Source: Mustelus asterias (lineage: Eukaryota). Taken from it: 64,000 bases of DNA. The stretch is from contig NW_027590140.1 in assembly GCF_964213995.1 (NCBI RefSeq), forward strand, positions 1 through 64,000, written 5' to 3'. The position numbers were made by a program, and so were the translations under genes. The notes beneath the pieces are model-generated. The model was given only the letters and a program-made list of their open reading frames with translations. It did no database searches and had not been told where the DNA came from. Below are positions 12,366-25,955 of this stretch, piece by piece. How positions within the stretch are numbered: position 1 is the first letter of the stretch; each line of letters starts with the position of its first letter.

Positions 12366-14087
12366 GTTGATGTAAATAATTGCCCATGATCTAATTGAAT
12401 GGCGGAGCAGGATAACGAGCCGAATGACCTACTCCTGTCCGTATGTTGATATTGCCCTGGAGGGTGCCATCATATTGGACATATACCAGTGCAATTCATA
12501 GTGACCAGCTCGATGACAGCACAGTTGAATTCAGTGCAAACATGTCCAGCTGGTACTTATATTTTTGTTGCCGACATGTACTATTCACTATCTGTCAGTT
12601 CAATCTTCTAATTTAAGTTGGTGAAATTCGATGTACACAATTTCAGGCTCGTATTTTTCTATTCAATGTTGGCAAAATCATACCAGGCAAGACCGCATCG
12701 AATATGGGCAGGACACTTTCTGCTATGCTAACGTAATGTGGTCAGGTGTGTTTCAATGCAATTACATCGAGTACAACAGACTCAGTGTCCGTTTCTGGCA
12801 CCTGTGTTTCTTGTTGTGAGGTCTCGGTTGTCACGTTTCATTGAAATGTGGACAGATGAGGTTCAACATCTTAAAGTCTATGTGGACTGAACAGGTCAGC
12901 ACGGTTATAGGATACGTTGGTATCCATTCGCCAATGGTAATTGGGGTAGATTATTATCCATTAACTAATTGAGTGGCGTAGCAGGCTGGACAGGATCAAA
13001 TGATCTACTCCTGTCGCCATGTTTCCAAAGACCTGGAGCGTGCTGTTATATTCAATACAAACAACACCAATTTACAATGAGCAGCTCCAACAAAACACAG
13101 CTGGGTTCATTCTACTAATGCCCATTTCAGCACCGTTATTTTGGGTGCCGACTTCTTCTCAATGCCTGTAAATTCCATGCATACTTATCTTCTTCAGCAT
13201 AATGATATTTCGCAATTTTGGCCAATTCATTCTGGATCAAATACATTCAAGGATAGTGGCATAGAGTGGCATTAATAGCAGGTTGCTATTAATTATGATT
13301 AATTCCAGTTCGGTCACTTGCAGATTATTACAGCAACTCTCAGTGCAGCTAGATGCAACATGAGTTGCGTCATTTTCTGTTCTGTGTACGGAGATCCGGA
13401 TTGTAACAATTAATTTACATGCAGGCAGTTAAGATTCATCAATTTTAAAGTGCGCTTCAGAGTGGTCAGCGTGGTCACAGGCTTTTGAGAACTCTTCCAC
13501 TAATTGTGGTTATCGCTGCGTAAGTCATCAGTTTTATTGACCATTTAGAATTGCCTTACAGAAGTTGGTGGTTTGTTTTCTTCTTAAACTGTTGCTGTCG
13601 ACGTGGTCTAACTACACGCGCAATGCAGAAAGAGCAATCCGTCCCTCAAAGGCCTGTGTGTCTATGGGCTCCAGCTTTTCGAGAAAGTGGCTCATTGCCC
13701 CCTTCCCAAGAACAATCAGGTGCGGGTGACAAAACTCCAGGCCTGGACATCGACACCGAGGTCCTGAAAGAAATGAAACAAGCATCACTGTTTTAAGGGC
13801 CTTGTGGGATTTTGATTCAACAGCCATGGAGAACGACAGATTTCCAAGTCAGGATCATTTCTGGTTCATGTCCAATTCTGCAGGTGGTGCTGTTTTCATT
13901 TGTCCACAACCCATGTCCTTCTTAGTGCTAGCGATCGCTGGTTTACATTGTGTTGTCGAAGGAAGCTTGGCGAATGAATGCAGTGCATGTGGGAGCTAAC
14001 ACACAGTGTTCTCGTGTGCGACACTTGTGAAGGATATGGGTCATAAGATGTTGGATAGAGAGTTTTGTCCAACAACTTATTTTAAGT

Positions 14088-14300
14088 TTATTTATTATTG
14101 TCCCAAGTGAAAATGTCCGAGTCGCCACACCGCGGTGCCTGTTTGGATTCACTGAGGCAGAATTTAGCACGGTCAATGTACCTTATCAGCACGTCTTTAG
14201 GAATGTGGGAGGACTCCGGAGCACCCAGAGGAAACTGACGCAGACAAGGAGAACGTGCAGACTCCGCACAGACAGCGACCCAAGCTGGGAGTCGATGGTG
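14088..14300 (-). mobile_element. HE1/V-SINE-core SINE variant
   Basis: Core gtgggaggactccggagcacccagaggaaactgacgcagacaaggagaacgtgcagactccgcacagacagcgaccc, with a different tail (tttatttattattgtcccaag). Confidence 0.7.
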
Positions 14301-15059
14301 TTGACATTTATGAGCTTGGTTGGAGCTGCATGCGTCAGACATGCGCACTGCATCACAACCATTGTGCCTCATAGATTGTGGACTTTAATTGTGGAAGGAA
14401 GAGTTGAGTTACTGGCCCGGAAGTTTTCTCATCTCTGACCTGCTCTTTAGGCCACCGTTTTTCTCTGACTAACAGTGTCTGTTCAGTACATTTCATTCTG
14501 TTTTGCAAAGCGCTGTTCAGTTTAAAGGAGTTAGATTCTCTATGAATTGATTCAGTTCAACATGGTGACATTAAATGTAGACCAACACATCAGACATTGT
14601 TTACACCCACTGTACATTGGTCCGATTACAAAATTCATTACTCTGGTTTGATGAGTTTTTTTTTTCCAAAGTGGCCAGTGGTGCAGAACGCCATCATTGA
14701 CTGAATGGTTTGGTTCATGTCACTGAGATTATACATATCTTCTGAAATTAAAGACAAAATTGCTGGGATTCTCAATCAAACGGACACGAAATATTTTGCC
14801 ACAGTTATTATCCATCCTCCTGAATGCTTCCGGCATTTTGTCTTTCAAATTCAGTTTATGGAATCTACTAATGCCTCCTGTTGCATTCAGTTCTCACGGG
14901 ACCGTTAGAACAAGTTACCAATGATTGTGCAAATCAGCTTTATGAGCTCAAATATATTGCATTTCAACAGCGATTTTTCTGTATTGCTGTATTCAGTTAA
15001 GGTGCGTCTTGTTCACAGTGGTTACATGTAGGTTGAAACAAGTCCAATTATTAATTTAT

Positions 15060-15240
15060 AAAAGCAAATTATTGGGGACGCTAGAATCTGAAACCAAAAG
15101 AGAAAACGTTGGAAAATCTCAGCAGGTCTGGCAGCATCTGTAAGGAGAGACAAGGGCTGACGTTTCGAGTCCAGCTGACACTGTGTCAAAACTTTACAGA
15201 TGCTGCCAGACCTGCTGAGATTTTCCAGCGTTTTCTCCTC
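15060..15240. mobile_element. Palindromic non-autonomous Penelope-related repeat
   Basis: Inverted arms ggaaaatctcagcaggtctggcagcatctgtaa / ttacagatgctgccagacctgctgagattttcc. Related copies lie at about 8288-8385, 34660-34770, 35522-35680 and 53757-53966. Confidence 0.7.
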
Positions 15241-16599
15241 TAACTATTAATTTCCCAGTTCAATCATGACTCTGCTGATGACCAGCCCCAGGAGTATTGG
15301 AAGTAAATGTCACATTGAAGATCTTACCCTTTAAAAAAAACACTCAATTGATTGAATAAATAGGCATTGCTATGTGTAAGGACATAGCTATATCTGTGCT
15401 ATATCTGTTTTATTTCATTCCTGTTCTAGCCCTGCTCAACATTTCCTTCACGCTGTGTTTAAAATATCCTTAACTCAGTGTTGTTTCCCACTCTTACAAA
15501 CAACACTGAAATATTGCTCAATTGCATCCAAAATATTCCCTTTCCAATCCTTCCAAATGTCGATCTCTAAAGTTTCCGCACTTTCGATTGATTTTGCCTT
15601 GTATATTTCTTGCTAGAAGTTGGTAATTATTATCCACTAAATCGCCCTGTAAATCCGACAGCTTCCTTAGCTGCACTTTCTCCCATTCTTTTTCCACTCG
15701 CATTTTATGTTCTCTGCTCGCATTTCCTTCATTTAGGTAGTTATTGGGCCGATTAGACAGCCACCGTTTCCAACAGTTCAATATTTATCGAAGCCACGAG
15801 TGTTCATCCCACCCTGCTTGATGGACACCAGAGCTGTGGAATCCCCACCCTACTTCGCATATTAATATTCTCCGTTTTTCTTCCTCTTACAAGGACAGGA
15901 ACTTTTGCCTTGTCTTGGGAAGCACTCCACTATCTTCCACAAACAATGGGTCATTCAGTATAATTAACACCACAGCCAACGCGCTTCCAATGAAACCATT
16001 TATCCAACTTCCTTTTCAAAATTAAGAAGCAATAGTTTACCTAATATTTTTGGTCTCCTTCTCAATTGAGATAACGTGATAAATTACTTTTCGGAAGAAG
16101 CATTCCCATGAAAGTGGAGGAAATATAACTATAGACAATTTACCAATTACATTTTAACTTTTAAATTTAAATTGAGGCGGAACAGTGATTTATTTGCAAT
16201 TTCTCACTGTATTATACTGCATTGGATACACGAGATTTTCTCTGTTCCGACTCCCGCGGATTGCAGCATCATTAGTTTCAAACTTCTGCGAATATTATTT
16301 GGTCCACATGCTATCAACAAACGGTTGAGGGCTCTGTGTACAGAAACGACTATGGGACGTGGTTGCATCTGGGCAGCGATAATGCAGACCGTTGTCTCCG
16401 AAGTAGCCAGACAAATGTACAAGCAATTCCATTCCTGACACAAAAGAAAATGTGGAAAATATTCCAAGTATGTCCTGTCCACGAGAAAAAAAAAAGACAA
16501 ATCCTGTTCTCCAAATTACTGCCCCTTCAGCCTACCGTGCATCATTTGAAAAGTGTTCTAATATTTCGTCGGCAAGATTTTCAGGCCTTAATTTCAAGC

Positions 16600-17160
16600 A
16601 GTTGTGAGATTCATTGCTATCGAAATAGAATATAAAAGTTATGAAGGATTGCTGATATTGGACAAAGCATTAGTGAGACCACAGTTAGAATATAGCGTAC
16701 CGTATTAATCCCCTCAATTGAAGAGGGATGTAGTTAAATTGAGGTCATTCAGAGCTGGTTTGCCAGATTGATTCCACAGTTGAGCGCATTGTCTCCTGAA
16801 GGCTGATTTGGAAGTTTAAGCCTATAGTCCTTGGAATTTAAGAGAATGCAAGGAGATCTAACTAGGGTCTACGAGGTGAAAATGGCGATTGACAAAATAG
16901 ATTTAGACAGGATGTTTCATCTTGTCGGACAATGTAGAACGAAAGGTCATAGCTTCAGAATAAGGAGTTGGCGATTTAAAACAGAGATGATGAGAGATGA
17001 TAGAGAGATTTTTAATTAGCAAGGGTTGAAAGGACGAGATTGAGCGCGTCGGAAAATGTTGTTTATGCCGAGATAAGATCAGACATAACAGTATTAAATG
17101 ACAGAGCAGTCTCGGGGGCTGAATTGCCTGTTCCTGCTCCTGGTTCCTATGTTCTCATGT
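16600..17160 (+). mobile_element. Decayed CR1 LINE 3' end
   Basis: LVRPQLEY-like and EFKRMQGDL..GHSFRIR peptides; tail cctgctcctggttcctatgttct. Confidence 0.7.
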
Positions 17161-17714
17161 GACCTACACCAGCACATTCTGCTTTTATTGTTAAATTGGT
17201 AACGGCGGCAGCCGATTCCTCATGACATAAGTAACTTGTTAAACCTTGCTCTTATCATGCGAGCAGCAAAATTAGAAGCGTTAGAAGTTCATGATACTCG
17301 GGGCAGATCAAGTGACGAAAGTGTTGACTGTCATTGGGCAGACACATCAACATTTCATATAGTATGTTAGATAATTTAATGTGTTTATTGCAACATATAA
17401 ACATTTTTATTCACCATCTCATAGAGTGACTAGGAGTGATATGGGCTCCTTAAACATGAGAGCACACATAATTAAACATTATTAAATATTGATGGCCGAA
17501 CAAAAACCTGGAAGGGTGTTGTAATGTTTGGAAAGAGGTGCAGCTAATAAGTGGAAGATGGGAATGATGTTATTGATGATTGAAATGAATGCATTGCAAT
17601 TTTAGGAATACTGCACGTTAATTACATTCTGCAGTTTGTAATTTTGGAAAAGCTAAAGCACAAGATGTAAAACAACATTCGCCTCACTAAATTTTGGAAG
17701 ATGGCTCACTGTGT

Positions 17715-17787
17715 GTCTTTTGAACTCAGTCAGTAGACCATACGACTGTCAATCGCAGAGTCCGGTGTTCGAGCCCCAAATTGGGCG
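17715..17787 (+). pseudogene. tRNA-Lys-derived pseudogene
   Basis: 73 nt aligning to vertebrate tRNA-Lys(CTT) (ctcagtc.gtaga.cat..gact...aatc.cag.gtc...gttcgagcccca..ttgggcg). The acceptor stem is broken and the anticodon reads GTC. Confidence 0.7.
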
Positions 17788-18128
17788 CAATTGTTTTAGA
17801 CTTCGCTGTTTTCACAGATGAACTCCACCTCCCAATTCCCAATTTGAGGCTGGCAAAAGTCTGAGGAAGGTGCTCTATAATCCCTCAAAAGAGAAAGGAT
17901 TGAAAACTTTTGTGAGGTTAAAGAAGGCCATACACAATGATTGATGCTGTTCTCTGCATTCCTCTTGTCGTTAGCGTGCAGTGAAGCTCATGCCCATTGT
18001 GCCCCCTAGTGTGTGGAATCCGCATTGGGTTTCCAGAAGGAACTCTTCGGTCAGTTAGGAAAAAAATCACATCGATCACGAGTATTCAGTGGAAAATGGA
18101 ATCAAACCAAATCGTGGCGGGTTCATGC

Positions 18129-18198
18129 GCTCCGGTGACGCAATCGCTTAGCGTGTGGTACTTATAGAGCAATGCAGCCAACGGGCTCATCCAGAGCA
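18129..18198 (+). pseudogene. tRNA-Ile(TAT) pseudogene with intron remnant
   Basis: gctccggtgacgcaatcgcttagcgtgtggtacttata-gagca-atgc...ctcatccagagca matches the intron-containing tRNA-Ile(TAT). The T arm is largely deleted. Confidence 0.65.
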
Positions 18199-20149
18199 GA
18201 TACTTTACTGATCCTGAGGACCAAGCTGATTTTGTACAGGTTCTGCGACCCCAGCACCTTGTCGTGCGACTGTGAAACATTGAAGATTCATAGATCTCAG
18301 AAAATAAGCTCAATCATTTCCATATTCGCAGTGTTTGCGGTGCATTGTGGGTACCTACTGGCTGGATAAATTTAGGATTGATTCTGTCCTCAGCTTCCAT
18401 GTCTGTTAAATAGATGCATTTTCAGTGGCTATGCGCCGCCCCGCCCACGGGATGGAAGATTGTCACAAATACAACGACTTCCTGCATAGTGAGGCAGATG
18501 GGTACAAGAAGCCAATGAGACGCTCATAGTTCTTGCTTTTTCATGCCTGTGAGTGTGATACAGATATCCACGGTATCGATTTTCGTACCGGAATTACACT
18601 TACTGACCCCAGACAGAATGGCGACACTTCCATTGGGGTGCAGTGCATCACCAAGATTGGCAGTGGTTACAGTGGTTTGCAAAGAGATACCAAGGAAAAA
18701 GCATTAACCCACAAACACATCAGGCAGCTTCATTCCAGCACTTGTGTCAGAATCGGCATCCCAGGATTATCCTCCTCAGCCATCAGCAAGCTGCGCAGTA
18801 TGGAGACACCCCCTTGGACATTGACAGATTTCTCGCGAATTTCTAATTTTCGCAAAAGAAGGAAGTCGATGTGTTGGATGTTGAAGTGGATCTGATTTGA
18901 AAATGAGGTCACAATGCAAGAAAATATTAAATGCAAGAACAAACTCTGAGTAAAATAGATCAAAATGTTTGGGAAGGGTTACAGCTAAGAAGTGGAAGTT
19001 GCGAATGTTGGTTTTGATGATTCACTGGAAAGCATTGGAGCCAGAGGCTCCTGGTGGTCAATTTATTGAGATTAGGGGAGTATATTCGGGACATCCTCCT
19101 GAAATTATTCACGTCACAATGGACTGCGACAAAACACTGGAACGCAGCAGACGAGCTCCTGCTGAAAACATCCATCCCTAACGATGCATTTCAGTATTCA
19201 AATTTCAGGAACCGCTTGCAGATGCAACCATGGAGTCACTGAACTTCTCTGAAACTCAAAAAGGCCCGATCCTGCAATAGCTGTGAGCCGCCAGCAGGTG
19301 GTAGCATTCTCTCACTTCAATCACAAACCTGGGAAACAGATTTGAGGAGTTTTTCGTCCAAATTTAATTCAGTTCTTCGTCAGACAGGAAAGAGTGAGAA
19401 AAACAGTGTCATTAATAAATCTGCCAGTCGTACTGACAGGAATATCTGGCCCGACGAATGTGAATTTACTACTTGCATTGATATTCATCTTCCTGCTAAT
19501 AAATGTGCTTGTTTCCAGCTCATTGCTGCATTACATTGTCATTCATTGCTTTAAAGAGTTATCTATTTTCACGTACACTTTGTTAAATATTATTTCATTA
19601 TCATCGACACCAATTTATTTTTCTCTGATTTTTTTCATTTTTCAGCTTTCGTTTGTTGTTCACATCTCGCTCATACCTATAGCACATTCTGCATTTTCGA
19701 TGGGTCATTTTATTGTGCAAGTTTCTTTTTAGTGATGAGCAAGTTTAACCGATTGCATTGTCGAATGCTGGCGCAGGATTTTATTCAATGTAATCGCCGC
19801 CATTCCAGTCTCCCGTCCCGAGCTGCAATCTGTCCCTGAATGTAGCTCCCTGGAAGTTTAAGTTTAATATTTTATGGTGAGTATTGTCTTCTTATTTCCC
19901 TCCTACTCTTATTCCTTTATTCACTCGGGTTAATTCTCCATCATAACATCCAATAGTTGATTTTCACTTCCTGGGATGTTATTTTTAAGTGAGTTAGAAC
20001 GTTATCCTGCACACATTTTGAGAACTAAATCCCTTTCCCACTTTAGCTGCCTCCTCTGTCCAAATTTCCAATGTTAAACATTCCAAGTTTATTACACAGT
20101 TTTCTCATTTGTCGACACATGGTACTAAAATCTGGAATTGAAAGTTGGT

Positions 20150-20370
20150 CGCAGGGATGGTAATTATGAAATTATCATTCGTTGTTATAAAAACGCACGA
20201 GTTTCACTAATCTCACTTAGCGAAGGAAATCTGCCATCCGCAATACTCTGTTCGCCAGTGACTCCTGAGCCATCACAATGTGCTGGGTTGTTACTTTCTG
20301 ACAAGCGTAATTAGGGATGGGCAGCAGATTCTGGCCTTGCCAGCGATTTTCACATTGTATGAACGAATGG
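20150..20370 (+). mobile_element. Decayed shark SINE with L2-type tail
   Basis: Core ttcactaatctcacttagcgaaggaaatctgccatcc and tail tagggatgggcagcag..ctggccttgccagcga. Related pieces lie at about 6150-6280, 56850-57015 and 62750-62820. Confidence 0.55.
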
Positions 20371-20549
20371 AAACGGAACTTCTCGAACTACAACATTCTT
20401 TTGCAGCGAAGTTGACGCTTCATACATTTTTGGCAAGAGTACAATCACCCTTTATTTAGACCAACATTGTTCTAAAGAGCTCGGACAGTCGCTTCTGAGG
20501 AAGAAAGCAATTCGAAGTAACCACCTGACGAAGTTACTTTGCAGCAGCC

Positions 20550-23165
20550 ACTGGTAGGATAACGGTTGCGCATTGACCAAGGCGGGAATCACAGCTGTAG
20601 AGAAGGTGTATGCTGTGGAGGGATTGTCTACAGAGTCTCTGTGGGTGGAAGTTCGGAGTGGGAAGGGGTCGATCACTTTGCTGGGAGTTTTCTACAGGCC
20701 GCCCAATAGTAACAGGGAGGTGGAGTAGCAGATCGGGAAACAGCTCCTGGAGAGATGCAGTAATAGCAGAGTTGTTGTGATGGGAGACTTTGATTTCCCA
20801 AACATAGATTGGAATATCCCTCGGGCAAGGGGATTGGATGGGGAGGAGTTCGTTAGGTGTGTTCAGGAGGGTTTCCTAACACAGCATGTGGACAAGCCTA
20901 CAAGAGGAGAGGCTGTACTTGATCTGATACTGACCAATGAACCTGGACAGGTGTCAGATCGCTCATTGGGAGAGCATCTTGGGGATAGCGATCATAACTC
21001 TATCATTTTTATGCTTGCATTGGAAAAGGAGAGGATCAGGTTAGCTCAGAAAACGTTTATATGGAGTAAGGGGAAATATGAAGACATAAGGCCGCAAATT
21101 AGAGGAGTAAATTGGAAGGAGGTATTCCCGGGGAAATGTACTGAAGAGAGGTGGCAGTTTTTCAAGGAATGTCCGTCTAGAGTTCTGCAGGACAATGTTC
21201 CGAGCAGACAGCGAGGTGTTGGTAGGTTAAAGGAACCGTGTGGCACGAAAGCTGTGCGGGACCTAGTCGCAAAGAAAAGGAAAGCGTACAAAAGGTGCAG
21301 AGAGCTTGGCGAAGATAGGGATCTAAATGAGTATACGGCTTGTAGGAAGGGACTAAAGAAGGAAATTAGGAGAGCCAGAAGGCGTCACGAGAATGCCTTG
21401 GCAGGTAGGATTAAGGAGAACCCTAAGGCGTTCTATAAATATGTGAAAGGTAAAAGGATGAGACGTGAAGGAATAGGGCCGATAAAAGTTGAAGGTTGGA
21501 AAGTCTATACGGAACCAGTGGAAATGACAGAGGTGCTTAATGAGTATTTTGCCTCGGTTTTCACAGAGGAAAAGGACTTGGGTGGATGTACTGCGGGCTT
21601 GCGGTGGACTGAAAAGATTGAGTATGTGGACTTTAAGGAAGAGGTTGTGCTGGAATCTTTGAATGGCATCAAGATAGATAAGTCGCCGGGTCCGGATGGG
21701 TTGTACCCCAGGTTACTGTGGGAGGCGAGGGAAGAGATCGCAGAGACTCTGGTGATGATCTTTGCGTCATCGATGGAGATGGGAGAGGTGCCGGAGGATT
21801 GGTGGATTGCGCATGTGGTTCCTATTTTCAAGAAGGGGAATAGGGATAGCCCAGGAAATTACCGGCCAATGAGTCTAAACTCAGTGGTTGGTAAACTGAT
21901 GGAGAAGATGCTGAGGGACGGGATTTATGAGCATTTAGAGAGGCTTAGTATGCTCAAGAATACTCAGCATGGCTTTGTCAAAGGCAGATCTTGCCTTAGG
22001 AGCCTGGTGGAGTTCTTCAAAAACGTGACTAAACACATTAACGAAGGGAAAGCGGTAGATGTGGTTTATATGGATTTTAGCAAGGCGTTCAATAAGGTCC
22101 CCCATGCAAGGCTTCTAGCAAAAGTGAGAGGGCATGGAATCCAAGGTGCTGCTGCCCTGTGAAGCCAGAACTGGCTTGCCCAAAGGAGCCAGAGAGTGTG
22201 TATGGGTCTTTTTCTAAATGGAGGTCGGTCACCAGTGGTGTGCCCCAGGGATCTGTTCTGGGACCCTTGCTGTTTGTCATTTTCATAAATGACTTGGATG
22301 AGGAAGTGGAGGGATGGGTTGGTCAGTTTGCCGACGGCACGAAGTTTGGTGGGGTTGTGGATCGTCTGGAGGGATGTCAGAAGTTACAGAGGGACATAGA
22401 TAGGATGCAAGACTGGGCGGAGAAGTGGCAGATGGACTTCAACCCAGATCAATGCGTAGTGGTCTGTAGAGGATCAGAATGACCTTGGGGTCCGGGTCCA
22501 TTGGACTCTAAAATCGGCCCCGCAGGTGGAGGAGGTGGTGAAGAAGAAGGCGTATGGTGTGCTGGCCTTTATCAATCGAGCTTAGGAGTCCGGGGATAAT
22601 AATGCAGCTATATAAGACCCTCGTCAGACCCCACTTAGAGTACTGTGCTCAGTTCTGGTCGCCTCATTACCGGAAAGATGTGGAAATGATTGAAAGGGTG
22701 CAGAGGAGATTTACAAGGATGTTGCCTTGATTGAGTTGCATGCCTTATGAGGATAGGCTGAGGGAGCTCGTTCTTTTCTCCTTTGAGAGACGTAGGAGGA
22801 AAGGAGACCTAATAGAGGTGTATAAGATGTTGAGAGGCATAGATCGGGTGGACTCTCAGAGGCTTTTTCCCAAGAGTGGAAATGGCTGCTACGAGAGGAC
22901 ATAGGTTTAAGGTGCTGGGGGGTACGTACAGGGGAAATGTTAGGGGGACGTTTTTCACACAGAGGGTAATGGGCGAGGGAATCGGCTGCCATCAGTGGTG
23001 GTGGAGGCAAACTCAATCGGGACTTTTAAGACACTCCTGGATGAGTACATGGGACTTAATAGGATGGAGGGTTATAGGTAGGCCGAGAAGGTAGGGATAT
23101 GTTCGGCACAATGTGTGGGGCCGAAGGGCCTGTTTGTGCTGTAGCTTTTCTATGTTTCTCTGTCT
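20550..23165 (+). mobile_element. 5'-truncated CR1 LINE (APE endonuclease C-terminus plus RT), frameshifted
   Basis: GDFDFPNIDW, LGDSDHNSI, PGPDG, YRPMSL, QHGF, YMDFSKAF, GVPQGSVLGP, FADG (ORFs 20777-22162, 22159-22482); 3' tail ttctatgtttct. Confidence 0.95.
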
Positions 23166-23559
23166 AAACTGCAATTGAACGTGAACATTAAATTAAAGGT
23201 GGGATGGAAATCAGGGTTTGAATGGTGAACAAAATCACTCCTTAAAATTCCTAAATTCAGCTAATTAAGATATGAAGTGAACAATTTCTCCTGTACTTTC
23301 AGGTCCGGCTTTCTCTGTGCTTCTTATAATAAGTTCATTTGGAGTGTGTGTGGATCATTATATATCCTGTGAATCACTGTATTGTCCAGAATATTTTCAA
23401 AGTCAGAAGCACTAAATGAATAGCAAGATGCATTTCTCTGCTTTGCAACATATGAGTTTGGAATATACAAAGTGAGACAGGAACATAACAAAGTTTCCAT
23501 TCTCTAAAATTTCTAAGTGAAATTTTATCGCAGAATTTTACAGGAGCAGAATCGCTCAG

Positions 23560-25322
23560 GGTACCCAGGCAAAGAATACGGCCTGTTAAGGATAAATGGG
23601 AAAATCCGTTGGTGGAGGCAGAGGCCAGTTGTTGGATGTTAAACGAATATTTCACATCGGTCTTCACCCACGAGAATGAAGAGGTAGTTATGAAACTCGG
23701 GGAGAGAGACTGTGAGGTTCTAGAGCAAATTATCATATGGAGTGACAAGGTATGGAAGGAATTGGCGGGCTAAAAGTGGACAAGTCAACAGGTCCATATC
23801 AATTGTGACCCATGCTGTTGTGGGAGGCGACGCAGGAAATTGCCCGCTAGCCACCGGAGAGGTCTCAGTGGACTGGAGAAGAGCTAATGTGGTCCCACTA
23901 TTTAAAAAAAAGACGAGCAGGGGGGAACGACAGACCAATGAATCTTACGTCTGTGGTTCGGAAACTGCTGGAGAAGATTTTGAACGAGATCATCCATCTC
24001 CATTTGTAGAGGTAACGTACGATTAGAGATAGTCAGCATGGTTTTGTCAGAGCGAGGTCATGCCTAACAAATGTGATTGAATTGTTTGAGCATGTAAACA
24101 AGTGTGTAGTTCAGGATAGCGTGGTTGATGTAGCTTACATGTATTTCAGCAAAGCCTTTGCCAAACTCCGACATAGGTAACTTATTAAGAGTGCACACGG
24201 GATACACAGTGATCTGATAAGGTGGATTCATAATGGGTTAGCGATAGGAGACAGAGGGTGATGACAGACGACTGCTTTAGTGTGGGGAGGCCAGTGAACA
24301 GTGACGTACCACAGGGGTCCGTGTTGGCCCCCCAATCGTTAGTCATTGATATAAATGACATAGATTGATATATGGGGGATAAAATCAGTAAGTTTGCTGA
24401 TGACACAATGATTGGCCGGGTGGTTAGCAGTGAGGTTGAGTGTCTTGGGGGACAGCAAGATATAGACGAGATGGCCAAATGCGCTGATTAGTGGCAATTG
24501 GAATTTAACCCTGAAAGGTGTGAGGTGATACACTTCGGAAGGAGTAATTTGACAGGGAAGTGTCCTATGAAAGATCTGACACTGGGAAGTTCCGAAGAGA
24601 AAGCGGCCTTGCGTATTTGTCCATAGATTTCTGATGGCGGAAAGGCAGGTTCATAGGGTGATGAAAAAGGCATGTGGCACCCTCGCCTTGATCAATCGCG
24701 GTATAAATTACAAAAGTGGAGAGGTCATGATGGAGTTGTATAGAACTTTGGGGAGACCGCAGCTGGAGTACTTTGTGCAGTTCTGGTCGCCACCTTATAG
24801 GACGGATGTGATCGCAATGGAAAGGGTGCAGAGGAGATTCACGAGGATGTTGCCTGTGATGGAGCATTTAAGTTATAAAGAGAAGTTGGACAGGCTTTGA
24901 GTTTTTCTCTCTGCAGCAGAGAAGACTGAAGGGCGACCTGATTGAGTTGTTCATAATTATGAGGGACATGGACGAGGTGGATAGAAGGCTGCTATCCCCC
25001 TTTGTTGAAGGGTTTGTTACGAGAGGACGCAAATTAAAAGTGAGGTGGGAGGTTAGGGGGGAATTTGAGGACCATTTATTTTACCCAGGGCGTGATGACG
25101 GTCTGGAATGCACGGCCTGGGAGGTTGGTAGAGGCTGGAAGCCTCACATCCTTCAAAACAAAATATTTGCATGTGGACATGGCACTCCATAGCATACAAG
25201 GCTATGGGCCAAGTGCTTGCAATTGGAATTAGATGGGCAGGTCAGGGCCTTTCATGCGTCTGTACACACTCGATGGGCGGAAGGGTCTTTTCTGCACTGT
25301 ATTATTCTGTTGTTCTGTGATT
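23560..25322 (+). mobile_element. Older 5'-truncated CR1 LINE
   Basis: DWRRANVVPLFKK, KFADDT, RPQLEYFVQFWSP, ERVQRRFTRMLP; many stops; tail ttctgttgttctgtgattc. Confidence 0.9.
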
Positions 25323-25773
25323 CCGGGTCGAGGTTTCAGATAGATCTGGGCCCACATTGCAGTTTGATCGGTGATTACGCTCTGTCAATAATGATCGGGA
25401 TCTCGAACTTGGTTACATCTGCCTTTCGGACTTCTGGTCAGTTATACCTTCAGCTGAATTGGTTTGAGTTACCCTTGATGGACTCCTTATGCATAACTCT
25501 CTATTTCACTTTTGCAACGGCCTGTTGGGCTATACGTTATCACCTAGCAATCATACAGTACAATATGTTGGTTCCACATCAGAGTTGTTTCGACAAAAAA
25601 CGTTCCACATTGCTCGTATAACTTTATTTTTGAAGTGGAGTTTTATCTAGTTGTTTACTCTACCTGGCAACTGCTGGATGAACTTTTCAATAAAATGTCT
25701 ATTAAATTAAAAGGAAAACACCAGCAATTTCGGCAGCATCATAGGGTGATGTTGGATATTAAACGAACATGTG

Positions 25774-25834
25774 CAATTAATGTGCAACATCAAACCATGT
25801 AATTATGTCCGCTGAGACTGAGATCTGGTATAAA
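25774..25834 (+). promoter_or_regulatory. Putative core promoter of paralogue B
   Basis: CAATTA at 25774, TAATTA at 25800, TATAAA at 25829 (57 nt before the ATG). The string tataaatgtgacaat is identical in paralogue C. Confidence 0.55.
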
Positions 25835-25885
25835 TGTGACAATCTTTCGGGGTTGTGCAAAACACATTCTCAGTTTGTGCTTGAA

Positions 25886-25955
25886 ATGCATGGAATACCA
25901 AAAGGTCTGCTGTTTGCAATTTACTATCCTATCCTTGCAGCTGTTGGGTTTCCAG
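25886..25955 (+). CDS. GPR139-like paralogue B, exon 1 (MHGIPKGLLFAIYYPILAAVGFP)
   Basis: 70-nt exon ending CCAG|gtacag. Confidence 0.88.

Noticed and set aside
15500-16500. Short ORFs 15518-15781, 16172-16438 and 16204-16500
   Set aside because: No recognisable domain or splice structure; treated as chance ORFs.
18690-18810. Weak histone H4-like peptide (GIPGLSSSAISKL)
   Set aside because: Too little identity for such a conserved protein and no other H4 sequence nearby.
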